A program made the translations under genes and the position numbers. Shown here piece after piece: positions 1 through 14,033 of a stretch of DNA of 64,000 nucleotides. How positions within the stretch are numbered: position 1 is the first letter of the stretch; every line of letters begins with the position of its first letter. The DNA lies in the NCBI RefSeq assembly GCF_018350175.1, contig NC_058382.1:50656001-50720000 (forward strand). Direction: 5' to 3'. The stretch is from Felis catus (Eukaryota). The notes under the pieces are model-generated. The model ran no database searches, was not told where the DNA came from, and saw only the letters and a program-made list of their open reading frames with translations.

Positions 1-1230
1 TTCCAGATTGCCCAGTTTGTTGGCATATAATTGCTTATGATATTCTCTTATAATTGTATTTCTGTGGTGTTGGTTGTGATCTCTCCTCTTTCATTCATGA
101 TTTTATTTATTTGGGTCCTTTCTCTTTTCTTTTTGATAAGTCTGGCTAGGGGGTTTATCAATTTTGTTAATTCTTTCAAAAAACCATCTCCGAGTTTTAT
201 TGTTTTTTTTTTTTTAATTTGTATATGCTTTATTTCTGGTGTAATCTTTATTATTTCTCTTCTTCTGCTGGCTTTGGGTTTTATTTGCTGTTCTTTTTCC
301 AGCTCCTTTAGGTGTAAGGTTAGTTTGTATATTTGAGACTTTTCTTGCTTCCTGATTGAGGAAGCTATCTACTTCCCTCTTCTTCCCTACTTCTCGCTAT
401 CTACTTCCCTCGTAAGACCACCTTTCCTGTATCCCAAAGGTTTTGGACTATTGTGTTTTCATTTTCATTTGCTTCCATGTATTTTTTCAATTTCTTCTCT
501 AATTTCCTGGTTAACCCATTCATTCATTGACAGGATGTTCTTTATTTTCCATATATTTGTAATCTTTCCCGATTTTTTCTTGTGGTTGACTTCAAGTTTC
601 AGTGTGGTCTGAAAATATGCAAAGAATGATCTCAGTCTTTTTGTACTGGTTGAAGCCTGATTTGTGACCCAGTGTGTGATCTCTTCTGGAAAATGTTCCA
701 CGTGCATTCTAAATGTGTCTTCTGCTGCTCTGGGATGAAATCCTCTGAATATATCTGTTAAGTCCATCTGGTCTGGTGTGTCATTCAAAGCCATTGTTTC
801 CCAGTTGATTTTGTGTCCATTGCTGTAAGTAGACTGTTGAAGTCTTCTACTATTACAGTATTGTTACCAATGAATTTCAGTAAGTGTGTTGTTTATTGAT
901 TTATATATTTGGCTTCTCCCAAGTTGAATGCAAAAATAGTTACTATTGTTAGACCTTGTTGGATAGACCTTTTTATTTTATTAGGCGATAGTGCCCTTCT
1001 TCATCTCTTTTTACAGTCTTTGGTTAAAAATCCAGTTTGTCTGATTTTGGCTCCAGTATGGCTATGCCAGCTTACTTTTGATGTCCCTTAGCATGACAAA
1101 TGGTTCTCCACCTCCTCACTTTAAAACTGGAGGTGTCTTTGGGTCTAAAATGGGTCTCTTTCAACCAGCATATTTATGGGTCTTGGTTTTTTATCCATTC
1201 TGATGCCCTGTGTCTCTTGATTGGGGAGCA
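1..1230 (-). mobile_element. LINE-1 fragment (ORF2 endonuclease region), decayed; runs off the window start
   Basis: Minus ORF 465..794 (ALNDTPDQMDLTDIFRGFHPRAAE) resembles the L1 ORF2 EN motif ALNDTLDQMDLTDIFRTFHP; T-rich + strand typical of antisense L1. Confidence 0.9.
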
Positions 1231-1507
1231 TTTAAGGACCCATGTTTTAAAAAAGGCTTAGGGAGAGGCAGGTCACTGGCTGTCAGAGAGCACATCAGGG
1301 TTTTCTTTTATCTCTATTTCTACCACATGAGTAGACCACGCTCTTAGGAACAGGGCCCAACCTAGTCATTAAAAAATGACACTTACAAGACGGAATATTA
1401 ACTTATCAATTTATAACATTACTAATAAACACATCAAGATATTTTTTTAATTTCTAGATTAACATACTTCAATGGGAGTTAAATCATAATTTAAAAAGTT
1501 ACAATGT

Positions 1508-1730
1508 GGGGCACCTGGTGGCTCAGTCGGTTGAGCGTCCGACTTCAGCTCAGGTCATGGTCTCATGGTTCACGGGTTCGAGCCGCGCATCAGGCTCTGT
1601 GCTGACAGCTCAGAGCCTGGAGCCTGCTTTGGATTCTGTGTCTCCCTCTCTCTCTCTGCCCCTCCCCTGCTTGTGCTCAGTCTCTCTCTGTCTCTCAAAA
1701 ATAAATAATTGTTAAAAAAATTTTTTTTAA
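1508..1730 (+). mobile_element. Can-SINE (SINEC_Fc-type)
   Basis: GGGGCACCTGGTGGCTCAGTCGGTTGAGCG head, (CT)n tract, AATAAA/A-rich tail; flanking AAGTTACAATG duplication. Confidence 0.95.
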
Positions 1731-1809
1731 GTTACAATGAATTAGTGCAAAGTGGGTGAAAAGCTAGTAAAAAATCAATAAAAATTAGAGCTAACTTAGT
1801 GTAGCGTTT

Positions 1810-2530
1810 ACTGAGACCAAAAACTAGCTCTCTGCATTCTTATAGTATATTTCAGTGGAAGAGACAAGAGGCAGCCAATAAAAGAGTAAATAGTAAGATA
1901 ATATAGTTATTATTTATAACATATGTTGTTAATACACATATACACACATGCATGTATGCACACATATATCTATGTGTGTGTGTATATATGTATATACAGA
2001 CACAATTTCAGATAATGATCAATTCTATAAAAAGTCAAGCAATAAATTATGTTAAGGGGCTTCTACTTTCACCAGGGTGGTCAGGAGAGTGCTCTCTGAG
2101 GACCTTACATTTGAACAGAGGCCAGAGGAAGCAGAAGAGGGAACGTGAACGTCTGGAGGGAGAGAATTCCCAGCAGAGGAACCATGGCTCAAAGCGAAGT
2201 GAAGGAGTCAGGGAGCAAGGAGGAAGCCATGGTAGCAGGACGGTAGAGTTGGTCTGAGGGAAAGCCTGTTGCAAATCATGGTCACTTTGACTGGGCCTTG
2301 AGACTGGACTGTGGTGAGGAATCTGGGTCTTATTCTGAGGCTCAGAGGAGCGCATGATCTAATGTACCTTTCCACATCTTCCTGACCACTGTGAAGAATG
2401 TGGATGGAGGGAACAGGGTAGAAGCAGGCTAGGGCAGTGGTCCCTGTGAGAGAGGATGTTGGTGTGGGCTGAAGCGGACATGGTGAAAAGCAGCGTTGGG
2501 CCGTACTTTAAGTGTATATACACACAACTT
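1810..2530 (-). mobile_element. Probable decayed L2 LINE fragment
   Basis: L2-like motifs such as CAGGGTGGTCAGGAGAGTGCTCTCTGAG...ACATTTGAACAGAGGCCAGAGG; boundaries approximate. Confidence 0.55.
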
Positions 2531-3294
2531 GTGGTGGATTTGTTGTTGCTGCTAGTGTGTGACTCCTTACTCCTGCTAATCTTCTCGGGGACAAGACACT
2601 TCTCTTAGGTCTCTGGGATTCTCACATCATTTCGCACTTTTCAATTTCAACTGAAGTTAGCTTTTCTTGTTTTCTTCCTTTATCCTAACCTGTAGGATGA
2701 TTCACGCCATTCCCTGACCCTTCAGTCTAGATTATATACTACAAACTCTATAAACCATACTCTTTCAGGCAGCAAAAGACTGGTGGTCCTTCTTCACACC
2801 CTGGAGAAAATACCTCCCCTCCTTCCTTTTCTTCAGTGAGATCCCACCCGCCCCATAATCACACTCTCCCCGGAAATCGGCCTTCTTTGTTCATATGTTC
2901 TGTGACAGTACATGTCAGATGTAGAAGGCACCTTCTCTTGGACACTGTTTCCCCACATACGAATACCTTCCAATATTCTAGAGCTAAGTGTGTTCCCAGA
3001 GTCATGACTCTGTGGGTGAGTAGGAGTCTCTCTTCTAATGCAACAGAATTGATCTTCTGGTTCACAATTTAAAAGGTAATTTCATTCCCCTTACTTATAA
3101 GTTCAAGAGTTTAATTTGTAGTTCACCCATCATTCTTAAAATTAATTATGGCTAATCAGTATTCTTAAGTGTGCATAATGACTATCATTTGTTTTGGGGT
3201 ATCAGTATATATTAATGAGATAAATGTAACTATAAAGAGTAAGTCTATAGTTCAGTATAATTTTTTTTCCTGAAAAATGTTTAAATCCAGACAG

Positions 3295-3332
<38 letters not shown>
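3295..3332. repeat. (TGA)n trinucleotide microsatellite, about 12 units
   Basis: Read directly from the sequence. Confidence 0.95.
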
Positions 3333-3364
3333 GTGATTTCAGTTACATAGAAACACGTCTTTTT

Positions 3365-3555
3365 TAAAAAAACTTTTTTTAATGTTTTATTTATTTTTGA
3401 GAGAGTGCAAGTGGGGGAGGGGCAGAGAGAGAGGGAGACAGAGGATCCAAACCAGGCTCTGCACTGACAGCAGTGAGCCTGATGTGGGGTTGAACTCACG
3501 GACGGCAAGATCATGACCTGAGCCAAAGTCAGACGCTCAGCCGACTGAGCCCTCC
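3365..3555 (-). mobile_element. Can-SINE, antisense, 5' end incomplete
   Basis: T-rich tail, (GA)n, AGATCATGACCTGAGCCAAAGTCAGACGCTCAGCCGACTGAGCC. Confidence 0.9.
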
Positions 3556-3577
3556 TCAACTGTAAGACTAAGCTAAT

Positions 3578-3815
3578 GGGGGCGCCTGGGTGGCGCAGTC
3601 GGTTAAGCGTCCGACTTCAGCCAGGTCACGATCTCGCGGTCTGTGAATTCGAGCCCCGCGTCAGGCTCTGGGCTGATGGCTCAGAGCCTGGAGCCTGTTT
3701 CCGATTCTGTGTCTCCCTCTCTCTCTGCCCCTCCCCCGTTCATGCTCTGTCTCTCTCTGTCCCAAAAATAAATAAAAAAACGTTGAAAAAAAAATTTTTT
3801 TTTAATTAAAAAAAA
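3578..3815 (+). mobile_element. Young SINEC_Fc with intact TSD
   Basis: CpG-rich body (CAGCCAGGTCACGATCTCGCGGTC); TSD AAGACTAAGCTAATG on both sides. Confidence 0.95.
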
Positions 3816-4268
3816 AGACTAAGCTAATGTTAGTCATTCTAAGATAGATTATGTTAGCATCCCAGCATTTAGTCGCTTTTGCCAGAAATGTACCTTCTTG
3901 CTTGTAAACAAATTTGGCAGAAAACATTAACACTATTGTGGAATATTTCAAATACCAAATAAAGTCCTTTTATAATACAACAAATATGAAACATTAGAAA
4001 ATTTGATAATGTAGAAATATATTTGTTTGAGATATATCTTTAACACTTTTACCTACAAGTAAAATGTGGATATCTGGATATATGTTAATTTTGATTCCAG
4101 TTATATTCTCCATCTCACTGTGCTACCACAGCCTGGTCAATGTTGATATGTCCACAATGTGGACATTACTTTTTTTTTTTTTTTTTGGGTGGTGTCTCAG
4201 AAATGACTAGTAGGATGGGATGTCATGGAAAACATCTAAGGTGTTTTCTCCATTACTGGCTTCAAACC

Positions 4269-4304
4269 TCCCTGATGGTCTAGTGGGTAGGATTCGGCAC
4301 TCTC
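4269..4304 (+). pseudogene. Retroposed 5' half of tRNA-Glu(CTC) (tailless retropseudogene)
   Basis: TCCCTGATGGTCTAGTGGGTAGGATTCGGCACTCTC matches nt 1-36 of mammalian tRNA-Glu-CTC at 33/36; flanked by an 18-bp direct repeat (4247-4264 / 4303-4320, 1 mismatch). Confidence 0.85.
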
Positions 4305-5924
4305 TCCATTGCTGGCTTCACTCTCTCCTCTAAAGACCAATCATGAAGTGTGTCCACATCTCAGAGTGTAACTCTGAGGCCAGACTAATGCTTCACCTTC
4401 TGAACAAAATCAGTGAAAATAAGTAGAAAGCAAGATAAAAACGTGATTCAGCTGGGCAACAATGATCTATGACATTGAAATGGAAATAAAGGAAATGGTC
4501 ATTTCAGAGATGGAACTGTTAGTCTACACCAAAGAATGATAGAACGGAAGGTTTTTAACAATACCTGCAGTTCCAAACATTAGAACAAGTATCTTCATCT
4601 AAACCAAACTATAGGATTCCATGCAAAGTGAAGGAGTAATAAAATAATGAACACAAAGCCTTGTATGAGACAGTGGAAACATTTAACGTGAATGTAATGT
4701 GATTAGAAACAGTGAACACCAATGCAGTGACAATCTCCTCTCCTTCCCCAAATATCCCAACTGTCAGATGGCTTCTCATAATAAAAATGGCACTTCACCC
4801 TTTAGTTCGAGCCTTCTAGTTCTTTCTCCATTCTTGTTCTTATTTATGGCACTGAGTCTTTACTGACCTTTTCACATTCTTTCACTTTGTCCTTTGTGTG
4901 TGTATGTGATTTATGATGTGTCTGAGTTAAAAAGTCCTATTCAGACATTCTATTTATTACCTTAAAAAATAAGTTTAGTGGCATGATGTTAATTGGTGTA
5001 TTAAACATATGTCCTTGACCTTGTTACAATGAAGTCTCAATGTCGAGAGTCATTGCTGTTATCATTCACCCGCAAACATTCCCCAACCACGGAAATGATG
5101 GAGAGAAAAGAATCAATCATTTTTTTAAGCTGAAATGTGACAGTGGTCATTTTCTATTTTGGTTTGTAAACTCAGCATTTTTCTTAGAAGCTTCTTAAAT
5201 TAGCCTTGAATTGATTTTCATTCAACTAGCTCTGCAATTTTTGTTTGCAGTCTAAATTCTTTTACTGACAGGTTTTTTTAAATGGGGCAAACTCCATCTC
5301 AATACTTTGTGACTAGGACCTGAAGGAGAAGTCAGAACTCCTGACATGGATGCATAAGTCATTTGCATTGTATTTGAATTGCATCAAATCCACAAATATT
5401 TATTGGGCTTCTAGAGCAAACAGTTTCTAAATGCCACACGTGAGGGTTAATGTTGAACTCTGAGCCTGTCGAAGGTCTGAAGTTTGGTTATCACCGTTAG
5501 TTACACATTAGTATCGCTCAGGGATAGTTTGGGAAACTGACATGACCGGTACAAAGGTAGATTTATTTACTGTGGATGGGCATTTGTGCCCTTGCAAAGT
5601 TGGATATCACAAATATATCCTTGTACTGGTCTCTTGGTGAACATATGCTTGTATTTCTGTTGGGTCTCTACCTAACAGTGGAATTACTGGGTCATAAGAT
5701 GTGCATATGTTAAGCCTTAAAAGACACTGCCAGATAGCTATTGACCATTTGGATATCCTCCTTTGTGACGTGGCTGTTCAAATCTGTTGCCCATTTTCTA
5801 CAGGGTTGTCTTCTTCTTTTTTTTTTAAAGGTTTATAAGAATTTTGGATTTATTTCAAGTAACGTTATTACAGATTTCTTCTCTCTTTCTGTGGATTGTA
5901 TTTTCATATACTTTTTTTTTAGTT

Positions 5925-6116
5925 TTTTTAAAAAAATCTTTTAATGTTTATTTATTTTTTGAGAAAGAGAGCATGAGCAGGGGAGGGGCAGAGAGGGAGA
6001 CACAGAATCCAAAATCAGGCTCCAGGCTCTGAGCTGGCAGCACAGAGCCCACGAACTGTGAGATCATGACCTGAGCTGAAGTTGAACACTTAACTGACTG
6101 AGCCACCCAGGCGCCC
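5925..6116 (-). mobile_element. Can-SINE inserted in an old antisense L1 fragment (about 5620-6200)
   Basis: SINE consensus reversed, ending CACCCAGGCGCCC; flanking TTGT(A/G)TTTTCATATACTT repeat. Confidence 0.9.
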
Positions 6117-8606
6117 TTGTGTTTTCATATACTTAATGGTGTCTTTTGATGAACAGAGTCATTAATCATAATATATTCTAGATTTTTTCTTTTTACTTTT
6201 AGTTTACTTTTGATAGGCTAAAATAGTTATGGGAAGAGAATGGCAATAGTTTTATGTTTGAGTAATTTTTCTTTCAGTCTGGTTTTCTTTTGTAGTAAGT
6301 ATGTTCCCACATTACCAAAGTGCAATGCAATGAAAGTCACATTTCTCTTTAATGTAATCCTATCACTTACTTCAATTGTGTTCTCTCTTCCTTGAGATGT
6401 CTTTTTCATGATCAGCTTAAGAGGCACTCAGTTTACTTTTGCCTGTTTAGCAAACAGATCTTGGTGACTGTTGACTGAAATCTGAATTCAGATGGGATCT
6501 CTTCAGAGCAGAGAATATGACTAATACCGCTAACAGTTCATTTCTTTAAAATGGGTCAGACCAGAGAGGTGCTGTGGCATTGGCATATAAGAAATCTAAA
6601 TAGACCCACATTTTTCTGCTGCCACTACCACGAGAGCATGTCCTCACCATTGACTTTGGTTCAGAGAATAGCGCCTGCATTTTCTGCACTATGATACTAT
6701 TGCTTCACAGCTTCCTATTTCAACCATACTAGTTCTTTGAACCTAGGGAAGAACTAGTTCTTCCTCCTCCTCCCAGTTCTCCTAGGGTTTTCCTCAATGA
6801 GGAACATTCCATGGCAAAGTTATTGCTGGGGTCCAGTCTCACGGGTCTGTACATTAATGCCTCATTTCTACGATGCTAAGCCTTCCCCCAGGATGGCTGA
6901 ATAGACCAGGACTAAAGATCCAATACATAATCTGTAGAAGACCGTGTTTTTCCTTTAATCCCCTCACTTGGTCCTGGGCCCTGCATGCATGTGCAACAAC
7001 CTTCCTGTTCCAAGCTGATCAGTGGTTAGAGCCTTAGCGGCCTTTCTCTGTCACGGTGCCATGGTCAGGGAGAGCCCCTGTACTCCGCCAGACAAGTTTC
7101 TATAACTTTAAATTTTGAAGAGGTTCTTCATTTCTTTTTTTCTAAGGCCCCTGGGCAAATATGCCGTTGTTCCCAATTAATCCTCAATAGTATTCAAGCA
7201 CAGCACATAAATAATTTGCCATTAAAAAATTAAAGGTCTTCCTGCTCAAAAAAAAAAAAAAAATTGGCATAGGAAAGAGCCGGCTCGTATTTTGTGACAA
7301 TAGCATCTGTCACTTAGACTCACTTCCTGAGAGTAATGAACATGATAAAAGGGTTGGACTCCATCTCTGTTCATCACCTAGCACACCTATTGGTGCAGAT
7401 CCCAGTATTGTTATGTAAGTGAACAGATTCGGGTTTTTATTCTTTCACATAGGAAGGTTAGGCATTAGTTTCACAAGATGCCTAGTGTTTGTGAAGTTCC
7501 AGAATTCATTATATCTGATATAGCATGGCAGGTAAATTGATAGGAAATTAATTGGAAGACAGTTCCAAACATAATAGCTCAGTGGAAACATCCAGAATCA
7601 ATTAATCAAACTGCAGCTCATTTTAATTGGACCTACTCTAACCCTGGACAGTTGTTGGAATCTTTAATTAAGCTTTCAAGCCCAATACTATTTACATTGG
7701 CCATGTTCTCCAGAATAGTTAATCTTAAAATAAGAAGTTATTAACTTGAAACCTAATGGTAATGTAAAAATCCTCCACACTTGTAAGACACATATGTTTA
7801 TGTTTAAGTAGACATTTTTTTTTTGATAATTTAAAAATGTAGTTTCAAACTATTTGGTTAGGTAAACATGAACTCTTTGCAAGTTCACAATTCAGATGTC
7901 CTGTTTACAGGGCTGGGTGTTGATTTTCTTCTCACTATTATAAATATATGTATCTCATACATGTATTTGAAGGGGGCTGTTTCCTGTTAATATCCCGGGA
8001 CCATCCTCTGACCTTCTTGTCCACCAGGTACCTATTTCTATCATTAACCTCATGTGGTAATCATGTGCTTCCCTGTCTGAATCTATTACTAGATCATGTG
8101 CTCTTTGAGGGCAAGGTCAGTTGCATATAATTCTGAACCTCCAAGGCCAGACTCGATGCCCAGCACAGAGCTACTAAGTAGAGCTTGTAGAACTGAAATG
8201 CCGTCCAAACCAAAAATGATCTAAGAAGTAGAAGACAATGAAAATGATCTTTTTTGACCATAGTTTGGTGTTAAAAGAAAGGGACTCCCTTACAATAAAA
8301 GGTCAATGGTAGATTCTTGCCATTTTCTGCCTCTAAGTGAATGTGTGTGTTTTAATATTTCCTCAGCTATGCCCCTGGGTTTCCCTGGAATTCTCTATGC
8401 CCCTTGGTCCTCATCATCTGGAACAAAACAAAATAGATAAGAATAAATAAGCTGGGGCAGATGGAAAGGAATTGTATTCAGTTGTTGGCCTCCCAAGTTA
8501 TTTAGTTTTTATGATGTCACTGGCAGAAGGAGATCAACTCCTAAATCAGGGAAATGATGTTACAGAGTGACAAATGCTTAACAGACCATGATTTAATGTG
8601 ACTGTA

Positions 8607-8609
<3 letters not shown>

Positions 8610-8666
<57 letters not shown>
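8610..8666. repeat. (TA)n microsatellite, about 28 units
   Basis: Read directly from the sequence. Confidence 0.97.
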
Positions 8667-8669
<3 letters not shown>

Positions 8670-11108
8670 ATGATTTAAAGTACTCTAATGTAAAGTAAAT
8701 TAAATATACCAGGAATCCACCTGTAATCCAGACTTCCCAGCACCTGACCCTCCTCCAAAGAGTTCCTGGGCCAAAGATAAAAGTAAGGCTGAAGCCTTCC
8801 TTACCCAGGAAAGAAAACTCCAGCAAAGATGCTAAGAGCATTTGGTCCAAGACTTAACTCTGAGCTCTCGACGTTCTGTTGAGATGAGTTAGTGTGAGAA
8901 TAGGGAGGTCTGAAGCGCAGGCGAACGGCAGCTTTAATGTGGAAGGAAAAGAAGAGGAGTCCTAAGATTAAGGGGAGGAGAGAGGCTTCAAGAATGGAAG
9001 GAGACAGTAGATGTAGGAGGAAGGGAACAAGAAGACTGGCCGTTGTTCTGAGACTCTGGGACGAGGTGAACTCCCTTCCCCTGCCATGCCCACGGAAACT
9101 GGAATCGGAATATGTCTGGCTGCGTAGCACACTGCATTTTGATTTATAAATAGCAAGTATGACCCACACCCTGAAGACTTGTATTTGCTTCATAGAAGAG
9201 GCACAAACAATGTTAAGTGAAACGACTTCGATACACCAATTTAAGTACAGTTGTTTGCATGGAGACCCTTATGTCTATGAATCTGAATTCTAAATACCAT
9301 CAGTGTCATGAGCCCCAAATTCTTAGGATTCCTTTCAGTTTCCCCTTCATGGTATTTCATTATCCAAAAATATAGAATTAATGTATTCAGAAATATTCCT
9401 TGGGTTTTATCCTCATTCTCAGTTTTGGGGACCGAAGCCACCTCATGGGGCCAGTGATGTTCCTCTCTCCAGCCTTTGAAGCACCCAACCCCCACTCCTA
9501 TGGCCTAATCCAGTTTAACAAGCCATTTCATTGACTGATTATTAATATCTAATTATTAAGGATCAGTTATTATTATTTTCAATTGCTGATCAATTAGGTA
9601 TGATTATAAATAATTATTGCACAGCTATTTTGCGTCAGGCACCGTCCTGTGTGCTGGGGTGCGGTGTGATTGAAGCGGCCTTCCCCAAAGTGTATCCAAT
9701 GGTGGGACTCTGATAATATACAAAAGTAAAGTGGTGAAATGTAACACCTGGTACACGGTGACAAAAGGCCGATTCATTTAGGGTCTTTCCAACTTTCGGT
9801 TCTGAAAGTTAAAACAACAACAACAACTTTAATTTCTGAAGATAAGGAGATGTTAAGTAATGAAGGCTAGATCAGGAGCTAGCTAAGTGTGGTGGTAGAG
9901 GAGGGAGGAAACATGTTCTAGAAAGAGACAGTATGTACGGAGTGGGTCTAACATTCTGGTGGTGAGACAGCCTCATCCATTCACTGACAAAGCTCCTTTG
10001 TAGAGGACCCGTGACCATCTAATAATGCCTCTGGGTAGAATCATCCAGACTACTTAGATTAGAGTACTGTTTTCCCACTAAGAGTTCGGAGCATTAATTT
10101 TGGGGGTTCCTGGGCACACAGGTGGGTGAAGATCCTCCTAGAGCTTGCATTCTTACTAGGATAGTGCCCAGAAAATGTGGTGGTCAGGTGACCACCTGAC
10201 TATGATGCACCTGGGAGGCTTGCTGATTGTTTCGATCCACAGCCCTATTTCCAGCCCACAGAATCAGCATTTCTTAGAGCGAGCCTGTATTTTTAAGAAG
10301 ACTTCCATGTGACATTTACATTCCTTCAAGTTGGAGAGCCTCTGGCGTAGAATGTCAGGGTCTGATTCCACTCAGACATCGTAAACCTCTTCAGGGTGAC
10401 TTGATAAGTGCATATATGGTCATGTGTTACCCAATAAATGCTACACCACCGTCTCTCCATTGACCCCTTTCCCCAGTTTGTTGAGAATCTTTCCAAGCTT
10501 AAAATGACCCACCCTGGACCAGTATTTAGAAAAAAATTCACTGGGACATATGCCAGACAAAAGCAGATAATCTCAGTTACCATGTTTTCGATGGAAGAAT
10601 AACCAAAAGACCCCATCGGTGCACAGTCAAGTTAGAAGAACTCAAGGTGTCTTTCATAGTTCTCAGTAAATTAAAACCAGACCAGCATCAGGATCAAGTT
10701 TCAATATGAAGAACGAGCCGCACTCACCCACAAATATATGCTGATTTAAAATTGCCAAAAACAAAGTTAGCTTCCACATACGAGTATCAATCCATCTCAT
10801 TGTTACTTTGCATGAAAGATACAGCCTCATTTTGTTCTCTGAAAGAAAGCAACTAAAAAAGAGAACCTCTCCGACTTGTATTTTAATAAATCAGTTTTAG
10901 AAAACCAACGTGTAACAAATTCAACTTTGTGAAAAAATGGAATTAATGTTTTATCTTCTTAAATCCTTTCAATATCCTGTCACAAATTTGCTTCCCAAAT
11001 TATATTGGCTCATCCAACGCTTGCCCTTCCCTGTAAGGCCACAGCTTTTGTCCTTCCCTGCGAAGCCTCAGTTTTGCTGGGTCTTTCAATCCTGAAGCAA
11101 ACGCCTAG

Positions 11109-11465
<357 letters not shown>

Positions 11466-11619
11466 TGAAACCCAATTATTTCCATTTCTGATTTTTTTTT
11501 TTTTTGCCAGTTAACTGTTTCATGCTAATCCTATTTCATTTCTTAGATATTGGCCTCAATTCTTAAAAAAAGAGAAACTATTCATGATAAATCCTCTAAA
11601 GTTGCCTCTTGATGTCTTT

Positions 11620-11830
11620 AAAAAAATTTTTTTAATGTTTATTTTTGAGAGAGAGAGAGAGAAAGAGCAGGGGATGGTCAGAGAGAGAGGGAGACCCAGA
11701 ATCCAAAGCAGGCTCCAGGCTCTGAGCTGTCAGCACAGAGCCGGATGCAGGGCTCGAACTCACAGACTGTGAGATCATGACCTGAGCCGAAGTCGGGCGC
11801 TTAACCAACCGCCTGAGCACCCAGGCGCCC
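11620..11830 (-). mobile_element. Can-SINE
   Basis: Reverse SINE consensus ending CCCAGGCGCCCC. Confidence 0.92.
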
Positions 11831-12065
11831 CTCCTCTCATTGTCTTAAAGTGTTAGCTGCTCAATCTGCTTTTATTTATCCCGTGTTGATGTGCTTAAGT
11901 AAATATGCTAACAACCTGTTCCACGGGGCAGTTCTCTATTTTAAAATCTTTAAAGGCATTATTGTTATTTTTGATGAAGATAGTCAATAATGCAAGGAAA
12001 TTTAGGAAGTATTGTTTTTCGGTTTTTTGCTAAACGTATTTTTTTCCAAGAATAAAAATAACTTT

Positions 12066-12275
12066 GGGGTGCTTAGGTGGCTCAGTCGGTTAGGCGACCG
12101 ACTCTTGATTTCCACCCAGGTCATGATCTCATGGTTTGTGAGTTTGAGCCCCACATTGGGCTCTGTGCTGGCACGGAGACTGGTTGGGATCCTCTCTCTC
12201 CCTCTCTCTCCCCCACTCCTCTCTCTCTCTGTATCTCAAAGATAAATAAACAAACATTGAAAAAGAATAAAAATT
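12066..12275 (+). mobile_element. Can-SINE (older subfamily)
   Basis: GGGGTGCTTAGGTGGCTCAGTCGG head; AAGAATAAAAAT TSD-like flanks. Confidence 0.9.
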
Positions 12276-13739
12276 ACTTTTCCATTAAATATGGATGTGT
12301 AACAAAATAAAGATTACTCTGGCATTTTGCTCTATGATGTGGCCAATGTCTGTGAAGTGGAATATTTTTCAGTCTGTCTTGTTCACAGACCTATGTCATG
12401 GAAGAAAGAAAGGACTGAGTATAGTATTAAGTGTTCTAGATGGACTTCTCTGAATACACAAACATTTGTTATGCTTTCATAGTTGCTCACAGAAAACTGC
12501 CATCCAGCTTAATTCAGTTGCTTTATTTGCGTGTGTCTGGGCTACTGAAGGCTAACAAAAATCGCCTCCAAATTGAAGCAGCCCCTGCTTTGCACAGAAA
12601 GCATTTGGGATTATTTCATGAAAAGTGGGTGAAAAGCCCTCCACTTTTGGCCAGAACTAAGTTACTATTTAAAATGCGCCTGTGATAAACAACTCACACC
12701 CTGCTGCTCTCATTCTAGAAGGTATTTCACATTTAGAGGTAGAGTGGAGACCACTTCTTCCCAAGAACTTGTCTTCCTTTTCTGAATCAAAATGATTTCT
12801 AGTTAAGCTCGCTAAGTGCAGTCAGGAATCCTACTCTGCATATCATATTGACTATAAAAAGGTCCATTATAATAACATAATAAAACAAGCAAACAAAATA
12901 GTCCTCCAGTGCCAAGGAACGGAGACGTTGCTATGTTACCCCGTGAGCATCATCTGCTACTCACATCCCACAACTGGTCTTTTATAGTAATGGAGAGAAG
13001 CAGGATTCAAGGCTCCAGTGCTGATTATTCCTCCAGATCCTCATTTTCATGCAAACATATATACATATGTACATAAATGTGTGTGTATGTAAGTGTATAT
13101 ATATAGACATGTATATGTGTGTGTGTGTGTGTGTGTGCACATGCATGTGTGTGTGAATTTGGGATATTAATCTCATATAAGTAAAGTACTATGATTTTGT
13201 AAAACTGAAAGAGGCTGGATAGGTCCTTATGTTGATCACTGCTACAAAGATGCCCACTGCCCTCTCCTATTAACGCAGGACTTGGCTTCTTCTCGTAGGG
13301 CACAATAAATAGGGGAAAGTGTTTAGGCAAAAAGGAACATTTCTGCCTGTTGATCCTGGAAGGTAAGAGGACCCGTCAAACTTCCTTCCTTCCTATTATA
13401 GGAAGACTAGTGCATTCTAGTTACAAAATAATAGATGGGACCAAAAATTTAAATAAGAAAATGGACAGTAAGGGAGACGAAAGTCAAGAAGCCTGGTTTA
13501 TGTCTGATGTCAGAGAGGAGAACGTTATGCTTGTAATTAGAAGGTGAACTAGTAAATTAATTACATATAATTCTAGTGTAAAGCCATTTCAAGGACCATC
13601 ATAAGAGCTCTGTTAATATTCTGTGTTACTTAATTCTGGTTTGGGGCGATTTGTTGTATCTATATAATTTGATATTTTTAATTAAAAATATATCAATATA
13701 GCTGAAATAAGATCCTTGTATTTAATTTTTTTAACATAA

Positions 13740-14033
<294 letters not shown>

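Noticed and set aside
360..415. Short direct repeat GCTATCTACTTCCCTC inside the L1
   Set aside because: Local slippage or repair duplication in a dead element
1506..1715. Recurrent similar short ORFs (MAQSVKRPT..., MGAPGW...) suggesting a gene family
   Set aside because: All are translations of Can-SINE copies
3578..3660. SINE heads as tRNA genes
   Set aside because: tRNA-derived SINE heads with A/B boxes, followed by (CT)n and A tails; not functional tRNAs
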